Shown here one piece after another: positions 12,255-26,499 of a stretch of DNA of 64,000 bases. The stretch is taken from positions 107,570,001-107,634,000 of the forward strand of contig NC_043005.1 of the NCBI RefSeq assembly GCF_006345805.1. The letters are read 5' to 3'. The notes under the pieces are model-generated. The model was not told the DNA's origin and did not search any database. It was given only the letters and a program-made list of their open reading frames with translations. The stretch's first letter is position 1. Each line of letters begins with the position of its first letter. This DNA comes from Octopus sinensis (lineage: Eukaryota). The position numbers and the translations under genes are program-made.

Positions 12255-13165
12255 TATGAGGGGATACCCTAAAGAAACCTGAATTTTACAAAATTTCCTT
12301 ATTTACTTAGTTTTTACATATTTACATTTTTAGGACATTCATAGTATTCTCCATTTGAAGCAATGCATCGGTCGAGGCGAGTTTTCCACTATTCGAAACA
12401 GTGCTGTAGCTTTTGCAAAAGTAATGCATTTTAACGCCTCCGTCGTTTCTTTTCTTCCCTTCTTCCACATCTGCAAATTCCGTAGCACCAGCTTTCGTCA
12501 CCAGTCATGACCTTCGAAAAACGGTCCGGATCAACTTATAACTGTTCTTTCAGTTTGCAATACGCATTCGGTCGTTACTGCTTTTGATCTTCGTGAGCAA
12601 GAGAGGCACAAATTGTGCGGCAACTTTTTCATTCGCATCTCCTCACTCCAAATTCGTTGGTAGAAGCTCCAGGATACAGCAGTCATATCAACAAGTTTGT
12701 CAGTTGTTCGGCGATGATCCTCCTAGATAGATCAGTTAATAAATTTACATGACTTTTTCAATAATTCGGGAGGTCGTCAGTCGTTCTGAACAAGGTTGGT
12801 CATCAAGCGACAAGTGACCATTCCGAAAGCGTGGAAACAATTTGTAAACTTATGTTTTGCTCACGGCAGCGTCTTTGTAAGCTGTTTGAGGCATGAGAAC
12901 TGGTTCGGCCGCCGTTTTCACCAGCAGAAAACAGAATTTCACGGAAGCATGTTTTTTTTGTGTTTTTTTTCGTTTCAGTCATCGCAAAAATCGACTGAAA
13001 GCACTGCAAAACAAAAACGTACGACGTGGCATTACGAGCTCCTCTGGTACAACGCCTGTCGACAAACTGATTTCTAATGGTGGAATCTAGTTGCTTCTAG
13101 TGGCAGAAGCCTGAACTACAAATGGCTTGTCGTACAGAAAATATTCTCGGTTACTTTTGTATCGG
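12255..13165 (-). mobile_element. Mariner transposon remnant, internally deleted
   Basis: TATGAGGGG terminus; minus-strand fragments VKFCFLLVKTAAE, KVMTGDESW, W KTRLDRCIASNGEYYE. Confidence 0.8.
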
Positions 13166-13443
13166 TTATTACATTACTGATCTTCTGAATAAGTGAAGCT
13201 ATATTCTTTAATTTGCTGCTTTTCTTTACAGGAACTGAGAAGATACATCGCGTGACAGTTATTTTAGCGAGCTACATCTATTTATCACCTGAAGAGACAC
13301 ATCTACACCGTCGGGCGATCCTGAATCTGTTGTTCAGTATCTCACCTGTGAGAGATCGATGCTAGAAGGGTCGAAACAATTTTAAAAGATTAATAAAAGT
13401 TCTCATATCTTTCATCATCCGTCTCTTATTAGCTATATACATA

Positions 13444-13495
<52 letters not shown>

Positions 13496-14467
13496 GAATG
13501 TATACAGATATATATTTATGTATATATAGAAATATATACATACATATATATACACACACATATATATATATATATACACATATATATATTGGCGTGTGTG
13601 TGAGTGAATGTGTGTGTATGCATATATTTCTATGTATACGTGCACGCACACGCACATAATTTATTACAATGTGTGAAATGTATCATTGGCAATTTTCTCG
13701 TTAGTTTACAAAAGAATATACACAGCTTCAATCGATGTTTTGAATGTGTACGTTTGGAACATGTTTATACTTAACCGTAATTAACATGATCCGCATCTGT
13801 GCTGAAAGAATACACGAAGAATTTATTATTTTAATAACGATAAGAAGCTGATGATGATAGTTATTTTGGTATGATGTAGGTGACGTAAATGATGAGACGA
13901 GATAATTGCCTTGATATTGATGCTTCTGATGATAATGATGATGTTAGTGATAATGATGATGACGGTGCTGCTGCTGCTGATAACGATTATCACGACAATG
14001 ATGATGATGATGATGATGAGATGGAGGATGATGATGATGTTGATGATGATGTAGATATTTATATGAAGCATAAATAACCTTCAAAATGAGAAAATTAGAT
14101 AGCAGCGAGATATTGCTAATTATGTGTAAGGTAATGAGGAACATGATGATGGTGGTTATGTTAAGGAGAAGAACGAGGAGCAGTGGTAGGATAACAGTAA
14201 CAAACATCATGTTGAGGATGGTAATTGCAGAAACGATAAGACAAAACAAAAACACAATAAAAGTACCACAAAAACACGAGCAAGAGGAAAAGAAATTAAT
14301 CGAAATAATACAAGTGAAACCCATTGCGTTGTTTAAGACATTCTTCCAGCTGTTTTAACGTGTTAGTATTTCTAAGCCAGAAGTGTCACTTAACAATACA
14401 GAATGATAGTCAAAATATTAAAAACTATAAATAAAAAGAAGCCAATAAATAAAAAAAAATATATTGT

Positions 14468-14511
14468 CACACACGAACGTACGCACATACCAAGGAATAT
14501 TTTATATATAT

Positions 14512-14587
<76 letters not shown>

Positions 14588-14735
14588 ATATGTATATATA
14601 TATCATGACCACGTATATACCAACTATACTCATTACCATATTTTAGAAACCGGTTGGGAATTTTTTTATAAAATACACACGAACGCACATACATACCAAG
14701 GAATATTTTATATATACACACATACATACATACAT

Positions 14736-14807
<72 letters not shown>

Positions 14808-14875
14808 GTCATGACGACGTATATACCAACTATACTCATTACCATATTTTAGAAACCGGTTGGGAATTTTTTTTT
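14468..14875. repeat. Tandem duplication, about 205-bp unit
   Basis: CACACGAACG...ACCAAGGAATATTTTAT(TA)n...CCAACTATACTCATTACCATATTTTAGAAACCGGTTGGGAATTTT occurs twice. Confidence 0.9.
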
Positions 14876-15872
14876 GTATATCCCTCGAGTTAATTTCAGT
14901 CTCTTACAAATTTTTTGCAATCTATATATATAATTATTTTAACTATAATTTTGCTTGACCCAAATTTCGTGGTTGTATTCTTTTTACAAACTTCTTTTAG
15001 CTTTCTTTTTTCATTTATTTTTCATATATAATATACAGTATGTATGTATATACATATATGTGTGTGTATGTTTATGCATAAACCTATTCTAAAACAAATT
15101 TCTCCCTCCCCTTGTTCTTCCCACTTATTTTACATTTACACACATATATATATATATCCTTATGTATGTATGTATGTATGTATGTATGTATGCATGTATG
15201 TATGTATGTATGTATGTATGTAGGATTGTACGTATCACAACATTAATAATTGTTGTCGACTATTTTCAAGAAGGCATCCTTAATTTTCTTCCTTCATTTT
15301 CACAAAAGATTTTTTCCCACAATACATTCACAACAGTAAATTTTTTACTGCCTTTCATCTTTTCCACAGTTTTCCTTTTTTTCACAACGTTGTATTTGCT
15401 ATTATATATATGCATATATTTTTTCTTTCATACATACACAAACACGTACACGTACATATATACAGATAGGTATATGTAAACATATAGCTATGTACGTATG
15501 TATATATATATGTAAGTATAAATATGTATATGTACCGTTAGTGTATGTACGTTTCTCATTTTCTATTTATCATTTCATTTTCCCTTCAGACATGCCCATT
15601 TAAAAAGGCAGGTTTATAAATATGTATACATAACTTTAGCCACGAGTCTATGTTTTGGTGTTGTTTTTTGATATTGTCTTTTTATGTGTTATGTTTTTCG
15701 TGTATTTTTACGTTGCTTTTCTTTTTATACAATTTTGCGTTTTAGATTGTTATATACATAAATATATTTTTTCATTCTAAATATTTTATGGAGATTCCCA
15801 GTGTGTCCATGGAAGCACATGTACGTATGTATACTTCTAACAAATGAAAAATTAGATATTCTCTGTATACTA

Positions 15873-15949
<77 letters not shown>

Positions 15950-16295
15950 TGTGTATGTGTGTGTATGTATCTATGTATTTATGAATTACTTACGTATGAA
16001 TGTAAGTATATATATATATATACATATATATATAGATTGATAGATAGATAGATGATAAAGAAAATAAGAAGTTAAGATACATAGATTGATGGATATAGAT
16101 ATAGACAGGGAGACCAGCATGTATCTCTATATATACTTATATGCATGTATTCACACATATATTCACATGCATGTGTTTATGTGGGAGTGCGAATGTGCGC
16201 CTTGTTTTTCGATATACGTACGCGAATAAATATATTCGAAACAGTAATATTTGTCTATATTTGTCATTTGTATTTGATATTTTAGAGCGAGGGTG

Positions 16296-16420
16296 GTGGT
16301 GCGGACACTATTCTGTGATGTTACTCCAACTTTCAAGAATTTACTAGAAGAACAAGCACCTGCTGCGTGTTCGGTGTGTCTAATCCCGAAACTCGGACTA
16401 CGAACAATTTTCCGCACCAC
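16296..16420. mobile_element. Short MITE-like element
   Basis: Terminal inverted GTGGTGCGGA...TCCGCACCAC (10 bp perfect, about 18 bp imperfect); followed by (ATCT)n. Confidence 0.4.
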
Positions 16421-16421
16421 A

Positions 16422-16513
<92 letters not shown>

Positions 16514-16548
16514 ATCTATCTATATATATATCTATCTATCTATCTATA

Positions 16549-16586
<38 letters not shown>

Positions 16587-16888
16587 CCTATCTATATCTC
16601 TATCTATCTATGTCTGCTTGCTTGTCGGTCTCTCTATCTGTCTATCTATTTATTTATCAATCTAAATATATATATACGTATATGTGTGTAAATATGAACA
16701 CATCTATCTTAAATTGCCCAAAATATGCATGTTCGTATAAATGGGAAAATGCATTTCATTTATATATGTATCTATTTTATAAAATCCATAGTGTATATAT
16801 ATATGTACCATATATATAGATGGGAGTAAGGTGCTAGCGCGCGTTTTTGAGTGAAATATTGTTTTCTCTACTTGTGGGTGTATGTCTA

Positions 16889-16936
<48 letters not shown>

Positions 16937-17601
16937 AAAAGAATGAGAGAGTGACACACACACATAGACACATACAAGTATCATATATATGCTGATATAC
17001 ACAAATTCACATACAGATTTCTGCATTCTCAGCTTCAAACGTAAAAAAATAAGAAAAATTCTATTTCTTATATAGTTCGAGGTTTGATATATATGTACAT
17101 GGGGTAATAAAGAATTGAAGAACTGCAGCCAACATCAAAATTTACCAAATTGACAGCTACAGACAACAATTCCTCACTATGTAATCTATATGAACCTATG
17201 GTACATAGGATTTTATGTAGGGGTAGGGCATTGTGATTCCCTGGCATTATTAATTCAATTTTATTTTATTTTTTATTTTAATGTTGGTGTGTTGTTTATT
17301 TCAATGTGTATGTCGTTGTGTTCTTGTATTTTTGTTATAGTTAAGTTTATAACCTCCTCACCAGCCTCCAAACTATATTTTCATCTATTACTTCTATTTC
17401 TAGTTTTTTTTCTCTCTCTCTTTTGTTACGTTGCCAGCACACTCTATTCTTATACACTTCTAATGGTTGGCTGCATTATTTTGTATTCTACAGTTAGTAA
17501 ATTAAAAAAAAATATTGTACATAATAGAAAAATAACAACGACAATACTTATTATTGTTGACGTTATTATTATCGGTATTAAAATTGTTGTTCTTGATGCT
17601 A

Positions 17602-17689
<88 letters not shown>

Positions 17690-17831
17690 GGTGGTGGTGG
17701 TGGTAGTAGTAGCAGTAGTAGGAGTAGGAGTAAGAAACAGCAGAAGTAGTAGCAGTAGCAGTAGTAGCATCATTATTGTCTTTATTAATATATTATTTGC
17801 GATTAACATTAATATTAATTCTCATAATAAT

Positions 17832-18513
17832 GTTTTCCTTATTGGCCACACTGGTCTACATAGAACAAACAGGGGCACAAAAACAGAAGCACAAACGGAG
17901 CGGTTTACCGTGCAAACCTATAAAGCAATAACAAAAATGAGCTGTAAAATTACACTTTGTAAAATCCCCATAGTGTTGGGGTCACTTTCAAGGAAAAACC
18001 ATGTAAACTCCACAGAAGATCATGGTTTCCCTGACCACTTATACAAGTGCTTTACCTCTCTCTCTCATTCCACTCAGAAGCGCATGCTCAGAGCGGGCCC
18101 TTCACATGAACTATGCTTGCCACTCTCGTCCGCCTTTCAATAAATTTAATAGAAGGGAGAACCTACCTCTCCACTCTGATCCGCCTCTTCAAGTGGAACC
18201 TGACTAAGTTGATCAGAGATTCACCAGAGTGGAAAGTGTTGGTCTTCAGCCAATTCATTCTTGTCTACCACATTACCTTTTTCACCATGGCCACCGGGCA
18301 GATGAAGCACCGAGCCTTCCCGACCAAAGGAAGTGGGTAGAGAAATCTTAATAGACTCGGCTGATAGACGGATTCAAGCGAAACGCGCAGAATCTGCTCA
18401 GCACAAACACACACGTGGGAAATTGTTGGGTACTGAACGTGCAGATCCGTGACTTTAGAGTTTATCCTGAACTAACAACGCTCTCCTGTAGCATTGCTAG
18501 GCCTGGGATTGCT
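17832..18513 (-). mobile_element. Degenerate Tx1/L1-like LINE 3' end
   Basis: Minus-strand broken frame VAMVKKVMW*TR...LINLVRFHLKRRIRVER*VL..IKFIERR, then a T-rich 3' UTR with AATAGGAAA before TTA repeats. Confidence 0.4.
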
Positions 18514-18572
<59 letters not shown>

Positions 18573-18712
18573 CCCATGTCCACTTCCCCTACCCCTACCC
18601 CCTCAAGCCTTCAGCTATATTTCAACAACTCTTAACCTTCACTTGCCCTAGGGCGCTGGGTGTGCCCCGGCAAGTCATTGCATCAAACATGCAGATTAAA
18701 AGTAAGTGACAG
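18573..18712 (+). mobile_element. Extremely 5'-truncated Dong/R4 copy (3' UTR only)
   Basis: Lies between (TAA)n tracts; carries the TTGCCCTAGG...CGGCAAG motif also found at 21496-21527. Confidence 0.55.
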
Positions 18713-18757
18713 TAATAATAATAATAATATAATATAATAATAATAATAATAATAATA

Positions 18758-18792
<35 letters not shown>

Positions 18793-18794
18793 TT

Positions 18795-21561
18795 AACAAT
18801 AAAATAAACGCTGAAACAAAAAGTCCAAGCAAAAGCCCAAAGAATACGAAGATTTGAGAAGAGAAACAAATTTTACAAGCAAAATAAGCTGTTCACATCC
18901 AATGCCAAAAAATTCTACAGAGAAATAGGGAAGGAGAAAGCAACCGTTAAAGACCCCCCTCCCATGGAAGAAGTTCAAAACTTTTGGAAAAGGATTTGGA
19001 GTGACAAGAAGACGTACAACATAAATGCAGACTGGATTATACAAACTGAAGGAACCTACCAAAATTCACAACAAGCATGGGAAGACATCACAATAGCAGA
19101 CCTAAGAAAGGCACTCACGAAGGCCCATAATTGGAAATCCCCCGGTAAAGATAGGGTGCCGAATTTCTGGCTCGCATCGCTCCCGTGCGCCCACGGTAAG
19201 CTAGTTCAGCTGCTCAATGGAATTATGAGAGACCCAAAGAAAACACCTGAATGGTAAGCAAGTGGCATTAATTACCTACTCCCAAAGAATAACGAAACCA
19301 ACCTTCCAAAAAACTATCGGCCTATAACCTGTCTATCCACCACGTATAAAATCCTAACATCTATCCTGGCGGAGAAAACATATGCATTCATGGAGAAGAA
19401 CGATATTTTCCCCATTGAACAAAAAGGGTGCCGCCGAGGCTCTTACGGATGCAAAGATCAACTGCTAATCAATCGTATAATCCTTGAGAACTGTCACAAC
19501 AAGCGCAGAAATCTCAGCACCGCATGGATTGACTATAAAAAGGCCTTCGACAGTATACCGCATCCATGGATCTTGAGATCGCTGGACATCTTCAAAATTT
19601 CCCCTGTGATTTCAAACTTCCTGAAGCACAATATGTCGTTGTGGAATACGAATCTCCAATTATACCACTCTAATGGAGTACTTGCCTCAGAAAATATAAA
19701 CATCAACTGTGGAATTGTTCAAGGTGACTCACTTTCACCTTTAATATTCTGCATAGCCCTAATACCCCTTACAAGTGAATTAAACAGAACAGGGTATGGG
19801 TATAAAATTGCCAATAAAAAAATAAGCCATCTATTTTATATGGATGACTTAAAACTTTATGGTAAAGACAATAATGAACTTGAAGGCCTATTGCGCACCG
19901 TGAAATCATTCAGCGATGACATCGGGATGGAGTTTGGACTTGAGAAGTGTGCCAAGGCCACTTTCCAGAAAGGGAAAGTGAAGACCACAAATTCAGTCGT
20001 GTTAGATGTTGACACAGTCATAAGAGAGCTTGAGCAAGAACAAACATACAAATATTTAGGGATAAATGAAGGCTCTGGTATTCAGCATGCAAGCATGAAA
20101 GAGAAAATCAAGAAGGAATGTTATAGGAGAGTTCGTGCAGTCCTGAAATCTGAACTAAATGCACGTAACAAGGTGTTAGCTATAAATTCCCTAGCAGTTC
20201 CAGTTGTTACTTATAGCTACAATGTGTTGAACTGGAATATGAGTGAAGTAAAGAATATAGATAGAAAAATACGCAAGCTGCTGAGTTGTAATAGGATGCA
20301 CCACCCAAAGGCAGACGTAGATCGCATTTACCTTCCCAGAGCCCAAGGAGGTCGAGGCCTGATCCAATTTGAACTAGCTTACAAAACAACCACAATTGGA
20401 CTGGCCAAATATCTCGAAATATCGAATGACTGGATGCTAAAGCTCGTGGAAAATCACGAGAGACGAAAGAAGCTTCATTCTATCATCAAGGAAAGCAAAA
20501 AATGTGCTATTGATCTCGTGCAGGATACCCAAACTGAACAACCCGAGGGAAGTACGGCAACTATTGTTGCAAAGAAGGTGAAAATGATGGCAATGAAAAA
20601 AGCGCACGAGCAATTGGCTGATAGGTGGGAGGAGAAACCTCTGCACGGCAAATATGTGACCCGCAGCAAACAAGCTGATGTTGACCAGAAGCAAACCCAT
20701 CAGTGGCTGCGGAGCTCAGGGCTAAAAGCAGAGAGCGAAGGTTTCATCCTGGCTGCTCAAGACCAAAGCCTATCAACCCGGAACTACCAGGCCAATGTGA
20801 TGAAAAATGGAGCAGGCCCAAAATGCCGATTCTGCAACGACATGATTGAAACAGTGGAACACCTAATCTCTGGATGTAAAGTCTTAGCACCAGTGGAGTA
20901 TAAATTAAGACATGACAGAGTTGGCCAATATCTCCACTGGCTAATAAGTCGGCATTACAATATCAAAACTGCCGACAAGTGGTATAATCACCACCCTGAG
21001 GCTGTAACTGAAGGAGAAAATGTAACCATTCTGTGGGACTTTCCAGTACATACAGACCGAACCATCAAGGCCAATAAACCAGATATTGTTGTGAAAGACC
21101 AAAACAATAAAGTTTGCTTATTGATCGACATGAGCATCCCCTGTGATCATAATATCTCAGCGAAAGAGTTTGACAAGCTCAGAAAATATAAAGACCTACT
21201 CATTGAAATTGAGAAAATGTGGCATCTCAAGGCGGTTACAATACCAGTGATCGTAGGAGCACTAGGAATGATCAAGAAGGGAACCGAAAATTATGAGAAT
21301 GATCCCTGGCTTACCATCCCTGCAAGAAGTGCAAAAGATTGTCTTTACTGGTACATCACACGTATTGAGAAGAGCATTGTCGATGTGAGAACTGTTGCTG
21401 CTCATGTAATTTAATTTAACTTTAAAAAAAATTTAAAAAATGAACTAACTACTGAGTTTGGTTTAATGGCCTACCAATATACACTATGAGTTTCTTTGCC
21501 CTAGGAGTCGGGAAGACACTCGGCAAGAAATGGAAGAAAATTTGAAAGAAGAAAAAAAAAG
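18795..21561 (+). mobile_element. Dong/R4-clade non-LTR retrotransposon copy 1 (5'-truncated) in (TAA)n
   Basis: RT and REL domains, flanked by (TAA)n on both sides. Confidence 0.93.
18808..21414 (+). pseudogene. Dong/R4 RT plus CCHC knuckle plus REL endonuclease ORF (one in-frame stop at 19255, 3' frameshift at about 21293)
   Basis: KSPGKD, NYRPITCL, WIDYKKAFDS, QGDSLSP, YMDD, CRFC..ETVEHLISGC, RHD, KPDIVV..LIDMSIP..K..KY; ORFs 18964 and 19390 are in the same frame. Confidence 0.9.
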
Positions 21562-21581
21562 TAATAATAATAATAATAATA

Positions 21582-24211
21582 ACCAATTATAAACAGCATA
21601 AACCTAGCCGTCACTGAACTAGCCACTGAAACAAAAAAAAAGTGATATCACTGAGCTAAATGAATTAATATACGCAGCAGCCACAAAAGAAGCTGGATAC
21701 TCACCCAAACCCGCCCAAACAGGAGTAGCACCACCCAAACAAACCCTGTGGATAAATAACATCCAAAACAAAATTTTAAAAATTAGAAAAGACCTGTCGA
21801 TTCTTAATGAAATCAGCAAACAATCAACGCTACTGAGCAACAAAAACAGAACGAAAATACTCCACAAATATAACATCACAGAAAAAGATTTGCCGGAGAT
21901 AAAAGAAAAGCTGAAGCAACATATCCTTGCCAAAGCTCAAAGGATCCGCCGGTACGAGAAACGCCAACGCTTCTTTGAACAGAACAAAAAGTTCAACTCC
22001 AACCCCAAAAAAGTTCTACCAAGAACTGGGCAAAAATAAAATAAAAGTCACTGCAGCACCAACGGCAGAAGAATTGGAAGAATTCTGGCGAGAAATCTGG
22101 TCGGCGAACGAACAGCCAAAAAAAAGGAGTATCAAAATAACAAACTCGGCATCTGAACAACTTTGGGCCCCAATAACAACTGAAGAGGTTACCCACGCAC
22201 TGCAAAAACTAAGCAACTGGAAGGCACCTGGGCATGACAAAATCCCCAACTTCTGGTTGAAATATCTAACAGGAATGCACAAAAAGCTGGCTGAAAACTT
22301 TAACAACGTACTAGTAGAGCCAGAGACAATGCCTGAATGGCTCACGAAGGGGAAAACCATCTTAATTCCCAAATCAAATAAAACAGCAAAACCAGAAAAC
22401 TACAGACCAATAACCTGCCTCCCTACTATGTTCAAGGCACTTACTGCAGTGATATCGCAAAGGCTGAACAAGTACCTGGACGAAAACAAACTGTTCCCAG
22501 AAGAGCAGAAAGGATGCCGCAAAGGCTCATATGGCTGTAAAGATCAACTAATGATTAATAAAGCCGTAACTGAAGACAGCCACAGAAAGAAGAAAGGCCT
22601 CAGTATGGCCTGGATTAACTACAAAAAGGCGTTTGATAGCATCCCCCACACATGGATCCTCGAAACACTAGCCATTAACAAAGTAGCACCAACAATCATA
22701 AAATTCATAGAGCACTCTATGAATAAATGGCAAACAGTCCTACACCTCCAAACAAAAGAGGGACTCATGAAAACCAAAGACATCCCCATTAGAAGAGGAA
22801 TATTCCAGGGAGACACGCTCTCTCCACTCCTTTTCTGCTTGGCACTGTCACCTCTATCTGGATAGAACTGGATGCGGATATAAATGTTACGGCAAAACGA
22901 TCAGCCACCTTTTATATATGGATGACCTAAAACTATATCCTGCAAATGACAAACAGCTGGAAACACTATTAAAGACAGTTCATGGATTTACCAAAGAAAT
23001 AGATATGAAATTTGGATTAGAAAAATGCTCCAAAGTAACCATGAAAAGAGGAAAACTATTTAAGAGTAACAACATCACACTAGATAAAACCAATGAAATA
23101 AAAGAATTAGACCAAAGCCAAACTTACAGATACTTAGGAATCCATGAACTAGATAAGACACAACACACACAAATGAAAGAGAAAATAAAAAAAGAATATT
23201 ATAGACGAGTTAGATCAATACTAAAAACAGAGCTCAATGCTAAAAACAAGATAATAGGTATCAACACTTTAGCTGTTGATACAAAAGCTATAAAACAAAT
23301 GAAATCCAAACTAAAAATAGAACAGCAACGAACCATGATAAAACGATGGCAAGAAAAGCCCCTTCATGGTAAATACTGGACTAAACTAAACACAAAAGAA
23401 ATAGACAAAGAAAAATCCCAGCAATGGTTGAGAAGCTCAGGACTCAAAGCAGAAACAGAGGGATTTTTAATTGCAGCACAAGACCAAAGCCTCCCCACCA
23501 GAAATTACCAAAAACATGTAATGAAAAGAAATATTACAAGTAACTGCAGAATATGTGGAGATGGACAAGAAACAATAAATCATATTATCTCTAGCTGCCC
23601 AGTCCTGGCTAAGAAGGAATACATTCACAGACATGACAGAGTTGGAACCTACATACATTGGAAGCTATGCCAACATTATGGAATAACAACAGAAAAAAGA
23701 TGGTATAGGCACACACCAGAAAAGGTCACAGAAAACGAGAAAGCAACCATACTCTGGGATATGCCGATACACACAGATAGAGAGATTAAGGCCAACAGAC
23801 CAGATATAGTTGTCAGAGATCATGAAGAAAAAAAATGCTTTCTAATTGATGTATCAATACCGGCAGATGACAACGTGTCTCTAAAAGAAATGGAGAAACT
23901 CTCAAAATACAAAGACCTGGAAATAGAGGTAACTAGAATGTGGAATCTGAAAACAGAAACAATTCCTATCATAGTAGGTGCATTAGGCATGATAAAAAAA
24001 TATTCAGACAAATACATAACAAAAACACCAGGACTTACAGACACATATAACATACAGAAAATTGCACTACTAGGCACTGCACACATCCTACGCAGAACAC
24101 TTTCCATACAATAACCATCAGAGCATCACAACAAATCACAGCACATACCCAAGGCACACAGAGCTGCGTTCGGTAGTGAAGTGAAAGCACGCTATAAAAA
24201 TAAAACTACTG
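21582..24211 (+). mobile_element. Dong/R4-clade retrotransposon copy 2 (different family; frameshifts; internal deletion)
   Basis: ORFs 21927-22865 and 22918-24114: KAPGHD, NYRPITCL, QGDTLSP, YMDD, CRIC..ETINHIISSC, RHD, RPDIVV..LIDVSIP; flanked by (TAA)n. Confidence 0.93.
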
Positions 24212-24228
24212 AATAATAATAATAATAA

Positions 24229-24296
<68 letters not shown>

Positions 24297-24313
24297 TTAA
24301 TAATAATAATAAC

Positions 24314-24346
<33 letters not shown>

Positions 24347-24347
24347 C

Positions 24348-25021
24348 AGGGAAGTATAACATCTATAAAACTTCTGACAACCAGAAATGCAGACTCTGTA
24401 GGAAAGAGTGTGACCCACTTGGTAAGTGGATGAGAGAGCCTTGCACAAAAAGAATACAAACGCCGCCGCGATGAAGTGTGTGTGCGTATGTTCATTGGCT
24501 CTTATGCCGTAAATTCCAATATGAAGTAAGAGAGAAGTGGTATGGGCATGTACCAAGTAAAGCTATGCAGTAGTACGGAAAAGTAACGATACTCTGGACT
24601 ATGATTTTCAGACTGATCGTGTAATCGAACACCGTCGGCCGGATAAATCATATTAAGTAAGAGAGACAAATGCTGTCAGATCATTGATGTAGCCATACCA
24701 AATGACATGAATATTGTGAGCAAAGACTTTGAAAAAATCACCAAGTACTCAGAATTGAAAGTGGAAATGGCAAGACTGAATGGAATGCGAGAGGGTAATG
24801 TAAAAGTGATGCCAGTGGTGATCGGAGCGTTGGGCTCAATCCCATTGAAACTTCAAAACTCTTAAGGCAACTGAAAATTCCTTGCAAAATTGATGTCTTG
24901 TTAAAAGCAGCCTTATTGGGCACAGCATACATCTTAAGGAAAGCATTTTCTGTCTGAGGTCCTTCTGACTTGACAGATGACTAAGGACTCCGGTGCAATT
25001 TACGTACACTGTGTTACGAAG
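24348..25021 (+). mobile_element. Dong/R4 copy 3, degenerate 3' fragment (REL domain plus 3' UTR)
   Basis: Broken translation FQTDRVIEHRRPD, IIDVAIPND, KITKYSELKVE, PVVIGALG; flanked by (TAA)n. Confidence 0.8.
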
Positions 25022-25043
25022 TAATAATAATAATAGTAATAAT

Positions 25044-25099
<56 letters not shown>

Positions 25100-25156
25100 T
25101 TGATAATAATAATAATAATACTAATATAATAATAATAATAATAATAATAAAAATAA

Positions 25157-25206
<50 letters not shown>

Positions 25207-25260
25207 TTGATAATAATAATAATAATAATAATAGTAATAATAATAATAAAATAATAATAA

Positions 25261-25291
<31 letters not shown>

Positions 25292-25408
25292 TAATAATAA
25301 TAATAATAATAAGAAGAAGAAGAAGAAGAAAGAAGAAGAAAAGAAGAAGAAGAAGAAGAAGAAGAAGAAGAAGAAGAAAAGAAGAAGAAGAAGAAGAAGA
25401 AAAGAAGA
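25022..25408. repeat. (TAA)n/(GAA)n compound microsatellite
   Basis: Direct inspection. Confidence 0.95.
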
Positions 25409-25639
25409 ATATGCTATGACAGGGACAGGATTGCTGACAATGACAAATATAGGGTGCATATCCAAACGGAGAATTAGGAATTTAGTAGCATGCTTAGGAA
25501 CTTTAAGACAAATGCACAAGCAATACCTTGGTATAACTTCTACCTCATAAAAATATACATATATTTTGACTCAACAAGAAACAGCAGAAACATACATCAA
25601 AACGGGTCAACTAGTATTAGGAAGAAGGTTTACACAAAC

Positions 25640-26340
25640 AGTAAAGCATAAGTGGAGATGATTATAAAGTGGATAAATGAGGTAGAATGGATACATCTTC
25701 TCGACCTAAAGACGTGCAAGCATATTAATGAAAGTATAAATTATTGGATAGAGGAGGTTGAGGAATGCATCTACTTTGCAGAAGAAGTGAATATGCCCCG
25801 AGACATGGAGAAGATCTCACGGAGAGTAAAGGAAAGCGTTCAACTCCACGAAAGATGTGGTCAAAGGAAAGCTGGATAGGTCTACTCGCGCCAGTCTCTT
25901 CAATGGCACGGTTTTACCTACAATTTTGTTCGAAAGGAAAACTTGGGCCACGACGAAGAGAGAAGAACAGAGGTTGGTGAACTATGGAAAGATCGTTGCT
26001 AGAAGTGTCGCTGAAAGAGCACATCTGGAGTGAATCGATCAGAGAGAAATTTGGCGTGAGAGACATCATCACAGAATATAGAAAGCAGAACTTCACAGGA
26101 GCTGGATACGTCGCTCGGTCCACCGACAATCGGTGGACTCGCGCAGTAATCGAGTGGTAACCGCGTGCGAGGAAGAGGCCACTCGGAAGTCCTCCAAAAT
26201 GGTGGATTGATGAAATACTGTAAGCGTTTGGAGCTCCGCGGATGAGGAATGCACATTCCAGATAGCATGGAGGGCGTGCCGTGACGAGTGGTGTCGAAAC
26301 GACGCCCGATCGTCTAGTCGGTTAAGATTATCAAGGTGAA
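25640..26340 (+). mobile_element. RTE-clade LINE 3' remnant
   Basis: MERSLLEVSLKEHI..IREKFGVRDII...AGYVARSTDNRWTRAVIEW*PRARKRPLGSPPKWW. Confidence 0.75.
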
Positions 26341-26499
26341 TTAAAATAAGTAGCAATAATAACCAAAGTAGGATTGGTTTTAATACAAACAAACCCTCCT
26401 TCCATCTGACATAAACACGGAAAGAAATTATATTACCAAAATTAACACAAATGCGTATGTTTTATCCTTCCCTGGAGAAAATATAAACTGAAAAACGTC

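Noticed and set aside
13889-14077. Acidic D-rich ORF (also 51414-51608, 59791-60075)
   Set aside because: Degenerate (GAT)n microsatellite
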